In this document: piece after piece, positions 50,101 to 61,099 of the stretch
Numbering within the stretch: the stretch's first letter is position 1
Layout of the letters: each line of letters begins with the position of its first letter
Source of the DNA: Squalus acanthias
Taxonomy: Eukaryota
Length of the DNA stretch: 64,000 nucleotides
Direction of reading: 5' to 3'
Assembly (NCBI GenBank): GCA_030390025.1
Contig: JASTWF010000348.1
Location: 248,001 to 312,000 of the forward strand
Notes under the pieces: model-generated
The model's database searches: none
Seen by the model: the letters and a program-made list of their open reading frames with translations, nothing else
What the model was told of the DNA's origin: nothing
Translations under genes and position numbers: made by a program

Positions 50101-53100
50101 TCGGTGTCTGTGGTGTGACTCCTGTGTGACTCGGTGTCCCTGGTGTGACTCCTGTGTGACTCGGTGTCTGTGGTGTGACTCCGGTTGTCTGTGGTGTGAC
50201 TCCTGTGTGACTCGGTGTCCCTGTGGTGTGACTCCTGTGTGACTCGGTGTCTCTGGTGTGACTCCTGTGTGACTCGGTGTCTCTGGTGTGACTCCTGTGT
50301 GACTCGGTGTCTGTGGTGTGACTCCTGTGTGATTCGGTGTCTCCGGGTGTGACTCCTGTGTGACTCGGTGTCTGTGGTGTGACTCCTGTGTGACTGGGTG
50401 TCTCTGGTGTGACTCCTGTGTGACTCGGTGTCTGTGGTGTGACTCCTGTGTGATTCGGTGTCTGTGGTGTGACTCCTGTGTGACTCGGTGTCCCCGGTGT
50501 GACTCCTGTGTGACTCGGTGTCTGTGGTGTGACTCCTGTGTGACTCGGTGTCTGTGGGTGTGTCTCCTGTGTGACTCGGTGTCTCTGGTGTGACTCCTGT
50601 GTGACTCGGTGTCTCCGGTGTGACTCCTGTGTGAATCGGTGTCTGTGGTGTGACTCCTGTGTGACTCGGTGTCTGTGGTGTGACTCCTGTGTGACTCGGT
50701 GTCTGTGGTGTGACTCCTGTGTGACTCGGTGTCTGTGGTGTGACTCCTGTGTGACTCGGTGTCTGTGGTGTGACTCCTGTGTGACTCGGTGTCTCTGGTG
50801 TGACTCCCGTGTGACTCGATGTCTCTGGTGTGACTCCTGTGTGACTCGGTGTCTGTGGTGTGACTCCTGTGTGACTCGGTGTCTGTGGTGTGACTCCTGT
50901 GTGACTCGTGTCTGTGGTGTGACTCCTGTGTGACTCGGTGTCTGTGGTGTGACTCCTGTGTGACTCGGTGTCTCTGGTGTGTGACTCCTGGTGACTCGGT
51001 GTCCCTGGTGTGACCCCTGTGTGACTCGGTGTCTTGTGGTGTGACTCCTGTGTGACTCGGTGTCTGTGGTGTGACTCCTGTGTGACTCGGTGTCCCTGGA
51101 GTAGACTCCTGTGTGACTCGTGTCCCTGGTGTGGACTCCTGTGCTGACTCGGTGTCTCCGGTGTGACTCCTGTGTGACTCGGTGTCTGTTGTTGGACTCT
51201 GTGTGACTCGGTGTCTCCCCGGTGTGACTCCTGTGTGACTCGGTGTCTGTGGTGTGACTCCGTGTGTGACTCGGTGTCTGTGGTGGTGACTCCTGTGTGA
51301 CTCGGTGTCTGTGGTGTGACTCCTGTGTGACTCGGTGTCTGTGGTGTGACTCCTGTGTGACTCGGTGTCCGTGGTGTGACTCCTGTGTGACTCGGTGTCT
51401 CGTGGTGTGACTCCTGTGTGACTCGGTGTCTGTGGTGTGACTCCTGTGTGACTCTGTGTCTGTCGGTGTGACTCCTGTGTGACTCGGTGTCTGTGGTGTG
51501 ACTCCTGTGTGACTCGGTGTCCCTGGTGTGACTCCTGGTGTGGTGACTCGGTGTCTGTGGTGTGACTCCTGTGTGACTCAGGTGTCTGTGGTGTGACTCC
51601 CTGTGTGACTCGGTGTCTCTGGTTGTGACTCCTGTGTGACTCGGTGTCCCTGGTGTGACTCCTGTGTGACTCGGTGTCTGTGGTGTGACTCCTGTGTGAC
51701 TCGGTGTCCCTGGTGTGACTCCTGTGTGACTCGGTGTCTGTGGTGTGACTCGGTGTCTCTGGTGTGACTCCTGTGTGACTCGGTGTCTGTGGTGTGACTC
51801 CTGTGTGACTCGGTGACTCTGGTGTGACTCCTGTGTGACTCGTGTCTCCGGTGTGACTCCTGTGTGACTCGGTGTCTCTGGTGTGACTCCTGTGTGACTC
51901 GCTGTCTGTGGTGTGACTCCTGTGTGACTCGGTGTCTGTGGTGTGACTCCTGTGTGACTCGGTGTCTGTGGTGTGACTCCTGTGTGACTCGGTGTCTGTG
52001 GTGTGACTCCTGTGTGACTCGGTGTCTGTGGTGTTACTCCTGTGTGACTCGGTGTCTGTGGTGTGACTCCTGTTGACTCGGTGTCTGTGGTGTGACTCCT
52101 GTGTGACTCGGTGTCTGTGGTGTGACTCCTGTGTGACTCGGTGTCCCTGGTGGGACTCCTGTGTGACTCGGTGTGACTCCTGTGTGACTCGGTGTCTGTG
52201 GTGTGACTCCTGTGTGACTCGGTGTCCCTGGTGTGACTCCTGTGTGACTCGATGTCTGTGGTGTGACTCCTGTGTGACTCGGGGGTCCCTGGTGTGACTC
52301 CTATGTGACTCCGTGTCTGTGGTGTGACTCCTGTGTGACTCGGTGTCTGTGGTGTGTCTCCGGTGTGACTCCTGTGTGACTCGGTGTCTGTGGTGTGACT
52401 CCTGTGTGACTCGGTGTCCCCGGTGTGACTCCTGTGTGACTCGGTGTCTCTGGTGTGACTCCTGTGTGACTCGGTGTCTGTGGTGTGACTCCTGTGTGAC
52501 TCGGTGTCTCCGGTGTGACTCCTGTGTGGCTCGGTGTCTGTGGTGTGACTCCTGTGTGACTCGGTGTCTGTGGTGTGACTCCTGTGTGACTCGGTGTCTG
52601 TGGTGTGACTCCTGTGTGACTCGGTGTCTGTGGTGTGACTCCTGTGTGACTCGGTATCTCTGGTGTGACTCCTGTGTGACTCGGTGTCCCCGGTGTGAAT
52701 CATGTGTGACTCGGTGTCTGTGGTGTGACTCCTGTGTGACTCGGTGTCCCTGGTGTGACTCCTGTGTGACTCGGTGTCTGTGGTGTGACTCGGTGTCTGT
52801 GGTGTGACTCCTGTGTGACTCGGTGTCCCTGGTGTGACTCCTGTGTGACTCGGTGTCTCTGGTGTGACTCCTGTGTGACTCGGTGTCTCTGGTGTGACTC
52901 CTGTGTGACTCGGTGTCTGTGGTGTGACTCCTGTGTGATTCGGTGTCTCCGGTGTGACTCCTGTGTGACTCGGTGTCTGTGGTGTGACTCCTGTGTGACT
53001 GGGTGTCTCTGGTGTGACTCCTGTGTGACTCGGTGTCTGTGGTGTGACTCCTGTGTGATTCGGTGTCTGTGGTGGACTCCTGTGTGACTCGGTGTCCCCG

Positions 53101-56100
53101 GTGTGACTCCTGTGTGACTCGGTGTCTGTGGTGTGACTCCTGTGTGACTCGGTGTCTATGGTGTGTCTCCTGTGTGACTCGGTGTCTCTGGTGTGACTCC
53201 TGTGTGACTCGGTGTCTCCGGTGTGACTCCTGTGTGAATCGGTGTCTGTGGTGTGACTCCTGTGTGACTCGGTGTCTGTGGTGTGACTCCTGTGTGACTC
53301 GGTGTCTGTGGTGTGACTCCTGTGTGACTCGGTGTCTGTGGTGTGACTCCTGTGTGACTCGGTGTCTCTGGTGTGACTCCCGTGTGACTCGATGTCTCTG
53401 GTGTGACTCCTGTGTGACTCGGTGTCTCTGGTGTGACTCCTGTGTGACTCGCTGTCTGTGGTGTGACTCCTGTGTGACTCGGTGTCTGTGGTGTGACTCC
53501 TGTGTGACTCGGTGTCTGTGGTGTGACTCCTGTGTGACTCGGTGTCCTGTGGTGTGACTCCTGTGTGACTCGGTGTCTGTGGTGTTACTCCTGTGTGACT
53601 CGGTGTCTGTGGTGTGACTCCTGTGTGACTCGGTGTCTGTGGTGTGACTCCTGTGTGACTCGGTGTCTGTGGTGTGACTCCTGTGTGACTCGGTGTCCCT
53701 GGTGGGACTCCTGTGTGACTCGGTGTGACTCCTGTGTGACTCGGTGTCTGTGGTGTGACTCCTGTGTGACTCGGTGTCCCTGGTGTGACTCCTGTGTGAC
53801 TCGATGTCTGTGGTGTGACTCCTGTGTGACTCGGGGTCCCTGGTGTGACTCCTATGTGACTCGGTTGTCTGTGGTTGTGACTCCTGTGTGACTCGGTGTC
53901 TGTGGTGTGTCTCCGGTGTGACTCCTGTGGACTCGTGTCTGTGGTGTGACTCCTGTGTGACTCGGTGTCCCGGTGTGACTCCTGTGTGACTCGGTTGTCT
54001 CTGGTGTGACTCCTGTGTGACTCGGTGTCCTGTGGTGTGACTCCTGTGTGACTCGGTGTCCCTGGTGTGACTCCTGTGTGACTCGGTGTCTGTGGTGTGA
54101 CTCCTGTGTGACTCGGTGTCTGTGGTGTGTCGTCCGGTGTGACTCCTGTGTGACTCGGTGTCTGTGGTGTGACTCCTGTGTGACTCGGTTGACTCTGGTG
54201 TGACTCCTGTGTGACTCGGTGTCTGTGGTGTGACTCCTGTGTGACTCGGTGTCTCTGGTGTGACTCCTGTGTGACTCGTATCTCTGGTGTGACTTCCTGT
54301 GTGACTCGGTGTCTGTGGTGTGACTCCTGTGTGACTCGGTGTCTCTGGTGTGACTCCTGTGTGACTCGGTGTCTCTGGTGTGACTCCTGTGTGACTCGGT
54401 GTCTGTGGTGTGACTCCTGTGTGACTCGGTGTCTGTGGTGTGACTCCTGTGTGACTCGGTGTCTGTGGTGTGACTCCTGTGTGACTCGGTGTCCTGTGGT
54501 GTGACTCCTGTGTGACTCGGTGTCTCGGTGTGACTCCTGTGTGACTCGGTGTCGTGGTGTGACTCCTGTGTGACTCGGTGTCTGTGGTGTGACTCCTGTG
54601 TGACTCGGTGTCCGGGTGTGACTCCTGTGTGACTCGGTGTCTGTGGTGTGACTCCTGTGTGACTCGGTGTCTCTGGTGTGACTCCTGTGTGACTCGGTGT
54701 CTCTGGTGTGACTCCTGTGTGACTCGGTGTCTCTGGTGTGACTCCTGTGTGACTCGGTGTCCTGGTGTGACTCCTGTGTGACTCGGTGTCTGTGGTGTGA
54801 CTCCTGTGTGACTCGGTGTCCCTGGTGTGACTCCTGTGTGACTCGGTGTCTGTGGTGTGACTCGGTGTCTGTGGTGTGACTCCTGTGTGACTCGGTGTCC
54901 CTGGTGTGACTCCTGTGTGACTCGGTGTCTCTGGTGTGACTCCTGTGTGACTCGGTGTCTCTGGTGTGACTCCTGTGTGACTCGGTGTCTGTGGTGTGAC
55001 TCCTGTGTGATTCGGTGTCTCCGGTGTGGACTCCTGTGTGACTCGGTGTCTGTGGTGTGACTCCTGTGTGACTGGGTGTCTCTGGTGTGACTCCTGTGTG
55101 ACTCGGTGTCTGTGGTGTGACTCCTGTGTGATTCGGTGTCTGTGGTGTGACTCCTGTGTGACTCGGTGTCCCCGGTGTGACTCCTGTGTGACTCGGTGTC
55201 TGTGGTGTGACTCCTGTGTGACTCGGTGTCTGTGGTGTGTCTCCTGTGTGACTCGGTGTCTCTGGTGTGACTCCTGTGTGACTCGGTGTCTCCGGTGTGA
55301 CTCCTGTGTGAATCGGTGTCTGTGGTGTGACTCCTGTGTGACTCGGTGTCTGTGGTGTGACTCCTGTGTGACTCGGTGTCTGTGGTGTGACTCCTGTGTG
55401 ACTCGGTGTCTGTGGTGTGACTCCTGTGTGACACGGTGTCTGTGGTGTGACTCCTGTGTGACTCGGTGTCTCTGGTGTGACTCCCGTGTGACTCGATGTC
55501 TCTGGTGTGACTCCTGTGTGACTCGGTGTCTGTGGTGTGACTCCTGTGTGACTCGGTGTCTGTGGTGTGACTCCTGTGTGACTCGGTGTCTGTGGTGTGA
55601 CTCCTGTGTGACTCGGTGTCTGTGGTGTGACTCCTGTGTGACTCGGTGTCTCTGGTGTGACTCCTGTGTGACTCGGTGTCCCTGGTGTGACTCCTGTGTG
55701 ACTCGGTGTCTGTGGTGTGACTCCTGTGTGACTCGGTGTCTGTGGTGTGACTCCTGTGTGACTCGGTGTCCCTGGTGTGACTCCTGTGTGACTCGGTGTC
55801 CCTGGTGTGACTCCTGTGTGACTCGGTGTCTCCGGTGTGACTCCTGTGTGACTCGGTGTCTGTGGTGTGACTCCTGTGTGACTCGGTGTCTCCCCGGTGT
55901 GACTCCTGTGTGACTCGGTGTCTGTGGTGTGACTCCTGTGTGACTCGGTGTCTGTGGTGTGACTCCTGTGTGACTCGGTGTCTGTGGTGTGACTCCTGTG
56001 TGACTCGGTGTCTGTGGTGTGACTCCTGTGTGACTCGGTGTCTGTGGTGTGACTCCTGTGTGACTCGGCGTCCGTGGTGTGACTCCTGTGTGACTCGGTG

Positions 56101-57696
56101 TCTGTGGTGTGACTCCTGTGTGACTCCTGTGTCTGTGGTGTGACTCCTGTGTGACTCTGTGTCTGTGGTGTGACTCCTGTGTGACTCGGTGTCTGTGGTG
56201 TGACTCCTGTGTGACTCGGTGTCCCTGGTGTGACTCCTGTGTGACTCGGTGTCTGTGGTGTGACTCCTGTGTGACTCAGTGTCTGTGGTGTGACTCCTGT
56301 GTGACTCGGTGTCTCTGGTGTGACTACTGTGTGACTCGGTGTCCCTGGTGTGACTCCTGTGTGACTCGGTGTCTGTGGTTTGACTCCTGTGTGACTCGGT
56401 GTCCCTGGTGTGACTCCTGTGTGACTCGGTGTCTGTGGTGTGACTCGGTGTCTCTGGTGTGACTCCTGTGTGACTCGGTGTCTGTGGTGTGACTCCTGTG
56501 TGACTCGGTGACTCCGGTGTGACTCCTGTGTGACTCGGTGTCTCCGGTGTGACTCCTGTGTGACTCGGTGTCTGTGGTGTGACTCCTGTGTGACTCGGTG
56601 TCTGTGGTGTGACTCCTGTGTGACTCGGTGTCTCTGGTGTGACTCCTGTGTGACTCGCTGTCTGTGGTGTGACTCCTGTGTGACTCGGTGTCTGTGGTGT
56701 GACTCCTGTGTGACTCGGTGTCTGTGGTGTGACTCCTGTGTGACTCGGTGTCTGTGGTGTGACTCCTGTGTGACTCGGTGTCTGTGGTGTTACTCCTGTG
56801 TGACTCGGTGTCTGTGGTGTGACTCCTGTGTGACTCGGTGTCTGTGGTGTGACTCCTGTGTGACTCGGTGTCTGTGGTGTGACTCCTGTGTGACTCGGTG
56901 TCCCTGGTGGGACTCCTGTGTGACTCGGTGTGACTCCTGTGTGACTCGGTGTCTGTGGTGTGACTCCTGTGTGACTCGGTGTCCCTGGTGTGACTCCTGT
57001 GTGACTCGATGTCTGTGGTGTGACTCCTGTGTGACTCGGTGTCTGTGGTGTGACTCCTGTGTGACTCGGTGTCTGTGGTGTGACTCCTGTGTGACTCGGT
57101 GTCTCTGGTGTGACTCCTGTGTGACTCTGTGTCTGTGGTGTGACTCCTGTGTGATTCGGTGTGACTCCTGTGTGATTCGGTGTCTCCGGTGTGACTCCTG
57201 TGTGACTCGGTGTCTGTGGTGTGACTCCTGTGTGACTCGGTGTCTGTGGTGTGACTCCTGTGTGACTCGGTGTCTGTGGTGTGACTCCTGTGTGACTCGG
57301 TGTCTGTGGTGTGACTCCTGTGTGACTCGGTGTCTGTGGTGTGACTCCTGTGTGACTCGGTGTCTGTGGTGTGACTCCTGTGTGACTCGGTGTCTGTGGT
57401 GTGACTCCTGTGTGACTCGGTGTCTGTGGTGTGACTCCTGTGTGACTCGGTGTCTCTGGTGTGACTCCTGTGTGACTCGGTGTCTGTGGTGTGACTCCTG
57501 TGTGACTCGGTGTCTGTGGTGTGACTCCTGTGTGACTCGGTGTCTGTGGTGTGACTCCTGTGTGACTCGGTGTCTGTGGTGTGACTCCTGTGTGACTCGG
57601 TGTCTGTGGTGTGACTCCTGTGTGACTCGGTGTCTGTGGTGTGACTCCTGTGTGACTCGGTGTCTCTGGTGTGACTCCTGTGTGACTCGGTGACTC
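20135..57696. repeat. 30-bp tandem satellite, ~37.6 kb, ~1250 copies, intronic
   Basis: Unit GGTGTGACTC-CTGTGTGACTC-GGTGTC(TGT/TCT/CCT/TCC), with deletion variants of ~19 and ~21 bp. Confidence 0.99.
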
Positions 57697-57733
57697 TAAC
57701 TGTGGTTGCCCTGTTTATTTTTGTTTCCCTCAG
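57694..57733 (+). promoter_or_regulatory. Predicted branch point (CTCTAAC, branch A ~57699), polypyrimidine tract and 3' splice site of the 39.4-kb intron
   Basis: CTAAC at 57696-57700 matches the yUnAy consensus ~34 nt upstream of the exon, followed by a T-rich tract and CAG. Confidence 0.7.
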
Positions 57734-57831
57734 TATCGCTCGACCTCTGTCCCCGCCTTCAAGTACTACACGGCCTGCGCCTGCCTGATCTTCACCAGTA
57801 ACTTCATCATTCAGATCCTGGTGGCTCAGAA
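57734..57831 (+). CDS. ADCY4: ADCY4-like exon E (end of C1b, first helix of M2)
   Basis: TTTTTGTTTCCCTCAG acceptor, GTAAGT donor at 57832; 98 nt, phase 0/2; YRSTSVPAFKYYTACACLIFTSNFIIQILVAQ-K. PAFKYY is the group II motif and SNFIIQ is ADCY4-like. Confidence 0.93.
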
Positions 57832-57835
57832 GTAA

Positions 57836-58110
57836 GTGGGAGTGGAGGAGGTGAGCTGGGGAGGGTAGGGGGGGAGGGGAGTGGGGGAGGGGAGTGGGGG
57901 AGGGTAGGGGGGATGGGGAGTGGGGGAGGGTAGGGGTGGAGGGGAGTGGGGGAGGGTAGGGGGGGAGGGGAGTGGGGGAGGGGAGTAGGGGAGGGGAGCG
58001 GGGGAGGGGAGCGGAGGTAGGCGAGTCGGGGAGGGGAGCGGGGGAGTGGAGTCAGGGAGGGGGAGGAAGGGAATAGGGGGAGCGGGTGAGAAGGGCAGGG
58101 GAGCGGTTGA
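57836..58110 (+). repeat. G-rich low-complexity tract (G-runs, G-quadruplex potential)
   Basis: Dense GGGG(A/T)n runs starting immediately after the exon E donor. Confidence 0.9.
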
Positions 58111-58885
58111 GGGCTGAGCGTGCGGGGGCCGGGCATGCCGGGGGGCTGAGCGTGCGGGGGTGCTGAGCGTGCGGGGGGGCTGAGCGTGCGGGGGCCGAGC
58201 ATGCCGGGGGGCTGAGCGTGCCGGGGGGCTGAGCGTGCGGGGGGGGCTGAGCGTGCGGGGGGGCTGAGCGTGCGGGGGGCTGAGCGTGCGGGGGCCGAGC
58301 ATGCCGGGGGGCTGAGCGTGCCGGGGGGCTGAGCGTGCGGGGGGCTGAGCGTGCGGGGGGGCTGAGTGTGCGGGGGGTGCTGAGCGTGCGGGGGGCCGAG
58401 CATGCCGGGGGGGCTGAGCGTGCCGGGGGGCTGAGCGTGCGGGGGGAGCTGAGTGTGCGGGGGGGCTGAGCGTGCGGGGGCTGAGCGTGCGGGGGGGGCT
58501 GAGCGTACGGGGGGGCTGAGCGTGCGGGGGCTGAGCGTGCGGGGGCTGAGCGTGCGGGGGGCGAGCGTGCGGGGGGGCGAGCGTGCCGGGGGGGCGAGCG
58601 TGCGGGGGGGCTGAGCGTACGGGGGGGCTGAGCGTGCGGGGGGGCTGAGCGTGCCGGGGGGGCTGAGCGTGCCGGGGGGGCTGAGCGTGCGGGGGGGCTG
58701 AGCGTACGGGGGGGCTGAGCGTGCGGGGGGGCTGAGCGTGCGGGGGGGCTGAGCGTGCGGTGGGGCTGAGCGTGCGGGGGGCGAGCGTGCGGGGGCGAGC
58801 GTGCTGGGGGCGAGCGTGCGGGGGGCCTGAGCGTGTGAGGGGGCTGAGCGTGCGGGGGGGCGAGCGTGCAAGGGCTGAGTGTGCG
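58110..58885. repeat. GC/CpG-rich ~15-19-bp minisatellite
   Basis: Unit G(4-8)CTGAGCGTGC with variable G-run length. Confidence 0.93.
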
Positions 58886-59181
58886 AGGGGGTAAGGGGAG
58901 AGAAGTGGGTGATTGTGCGATGGCGTGAGGGTAACAGGTGAGAGGGTCGAGTGAGCGGGGAGTGGGCGAGTGGTGTGGGCGAGGGGAGTGAGCGGGGAGT
59001 GGGCGAGTGGTGTGGGCGAGGGGGCCGGCGACTGGCGAGGAGTGAGGGTGAGGGGAGCTCTCCAGGGGTGGTCCCACTATTTTTTCGTTTCCCGGAAAGC
59101 GCCTCCCCTGGACCCCACCCATTCCGTTTCCTCCTCAAGCCCCCTCCACGTTCTAACTCTCTTCTCCCCTCGTCTCTCCAG

Positions 59182-59266
59182 GAACGTGACGCTGGGCATC
59201 TCGTACGGCGTGTCCTTCTTCCTCTTCCTGCTCATCCTCTTCACCTGCTTTGCTGGTCACTTCTCG
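59182..59266 (+). CDS. ADCY4: ADCY4-like exon F (transmembrane helix)
   Basis: Long pyrimidine tract + CAG (59180-59181), GTAAGG donor at 59267; 85 nt, phase 2/0; NVTLGISYGVSFFLFLLILFTCFAGHFS. Confidence 0.92.
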
Positions 59267-59679
59267 GTAAGGACTTGGAGGGCGGGGTGGGGGAGGGGGG
59301 CGGTGACGGTGACGGAGCCCGCGGGTGTTGCCCGTGTCGGCCGGTTGCTGTCTCCTCACGCCCCAGCCAGACGGTTCGGGGGGTGGTGGGGCAGTGGTGA
59401 AGGCCGCCTCTCTCTGACGTCAGTGGGGCAGCACGGGTCAGACACTGACCTTTCACCCTCGGGAACCAGGGGTCAGATGCAGTCCTAGACAGAGGGGGAT
59501 GATGAAGGCCTCCTCTCTGTTGGGGCGGTTGGGGGACAGGGTTCAGACACTGACCTTTGACCTTCGGGGGGGAGGTCAAATCTTTTCCCCTTCCTGAAGT
59601 GTGTAAATGAGGAGTGGTGGGTCGGGGGTCGGGGGGGGTGAGGGCAGGGTGAGGTCAGCACCTTTAACCCTCACTTACA

Positions 59680-59900
59680 GGTCATTTGGGTTTATAAATA
59701 GAGAAATAGAATATAAAAGCAAAGAGTTCATGGTAGAACTTTATAAATCACAGGTTAGGCCTCAGCTGGAGTATTGTGGACAATTCTGGGCCCCACACTT
59801 CAGGAAAGACGCCAAGGCCTGAGAAAGGGTGATTCGATCGAAGTTTTCAAGATATTAAGGGGAACTGGTCGGGTAGAGAGGGAGAGAAACTATTTCCGTT
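59680..59900 (+). mobile_element. Degenerate, internally deleted CR1 fragment
   Basis: GFINREIEYKSKE...RPQLEYCGQFWAP; GDSIEVFKILRG. Confidence 0.8.
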
Positions 59901-59924
59901 GGCCATACCTTTCAGGAGTCAGTG

Positions 59925-60470
59925 TTTACAGAGGATTACACAGGATATACGGCACAGAAAGAGGCCATTCGGCCCAACCAGTCCATGCCGGCGTTTATGC
60001 TCCACTCGAGCCTCCTCCCGTCTTTCCTCATCTAACTCTATCAGCATAACCCTCTATTCCCTTCTCCCTCATATGCTTGTCCAGCCTCCCCTTAAATGCA
60101 TCGATACTACTCGCTTCAACCACTCCCTGTGGTAGCGAGTTCCACATTCTCACCACTCTCTGGGTAAAGAAGTTTCTTCTGAATTCCCTATTGGATTTAT
60201 TAGTGACTGTCTTATATTGATGGCCTCTAGTTATGCTCTTCCCCACAAGTGGAAACACTCTCTCTGTATCCACTCTATCAAAACCTTTCATCATTTTAAA
60301 GACCTCTATTAGGTCATCCCTCAGCCTTCTCTTTTCAAGAGAAGAGACCCAGCCTGTCCATCCTTTCCTGATAGGCATACCCTCGCATTTCTGGTATCAT
60401 CTTTGTAAATCTTCTCTGCACCCTCTCCAGTGCCTCTGTATCCTTTTTATAATATGGTGACCAGAACTGT
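59925..60470 (-). mobile_element. CR1 3' fragment (third subfamily)
   Basis: Minus-strand QFWSPYYKKD..LERVQRRFT...RRNFFTQRVVRMWNSLP. Confidence 0.9.
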
Positions 60471-60722
60471 AAATTAGGAAACACTTCTACACACCAAGGC
60501 TGGTAGAAGTTTGGAACTCTCTTCCGCAAAGGGCAATTGGTGCTGGATCAACTGTTAATTTTAAGTCTGAGATTGATAGCTTTGTGTTATTGAGAGGTAT
60601 TAAGGGATATGAGCCAAGGGCTGGTGTGTGGAGTTAGGTCACAGATCAGCCCTGATCTCATTGAATGGCGGAGCAGGCTCGAGGGGCTGAACGGCCTCCT
60701 CCTGTTCCCGTGTTCCTATGTT
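60471..60722 (+). mobile_element. CR1 3' end
   Basis: GAAGTTTGGAACTCTCTTCC...GAATGGCGGAGCAGGCTCGAGGGG 3' UTR. Confidence 0.78.
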
Positions 60723-60944
60723 ATAGAGTCATAGAGGTCATAGAGTTATACAGCACAGAAGAGGCCCTTCGGCCCATCGTGTCCGCGCCGGCCATCAAGC
60801 CCTGTCTATTCTAATCCCATTTTCCAGCACTTGGTCCGTAGCCTTGTATGCTATGGCATTTCAAGTGCTCATCTAAATGCTTCTTGAATGTTGTGAGGGT
60901 TCCTGCCTCTACCACCCTTTCAGGCAGTGAGTTCCAGATTCCAA
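60723..60944 (-). mobile_element. CR1 3' end ((CTCTATGA)n subfamily)
   Basis: Near-identical to 11710-11920. Confidence 0.88.
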
Positions 60945-61099
60945 TCACAGGGATGAGGGGCTTCAGTTATGAGGAGAGATTGGAAAGGTTCGGACTGTTC
61001 TCCTGGGAAACAGAGAAGGTTAAGAGGTGACCCAGCAGCGTCTTTCAAGATGATGAGAGGTTTCGATAGAGTAAATAGGGGAAAAAAATATTCCCTCCT

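Noticed and set aside
20122..57693. Very long ORFs (up to 2849 aa; TESHRSHT / TPSHTGVT / CDSCVTRCLW repeats) suggesting mucin-, keratin-associated- or metallothionein-like proteins
   Set aside because: They are translations of a 30-bp (multiple of 3) satellite lacking stops in several frames; frames switch at random indels, there is no unique domain, and the array lies in an intron.
57807..59138. Pro-rich ORFs on the minus strand (443 aa, 356 aa)
   Set aside because: Translation of G-rich low-complexity sequence and a minisatellite, antisense to the ADCY intron.
59395..59575. Two diverged ~100-bp direct copies (TGAAGGCC...CAGACACTGACCTTT)
   Set aside because: Only two degenerate copies with no further structure; most likely a local duplication.
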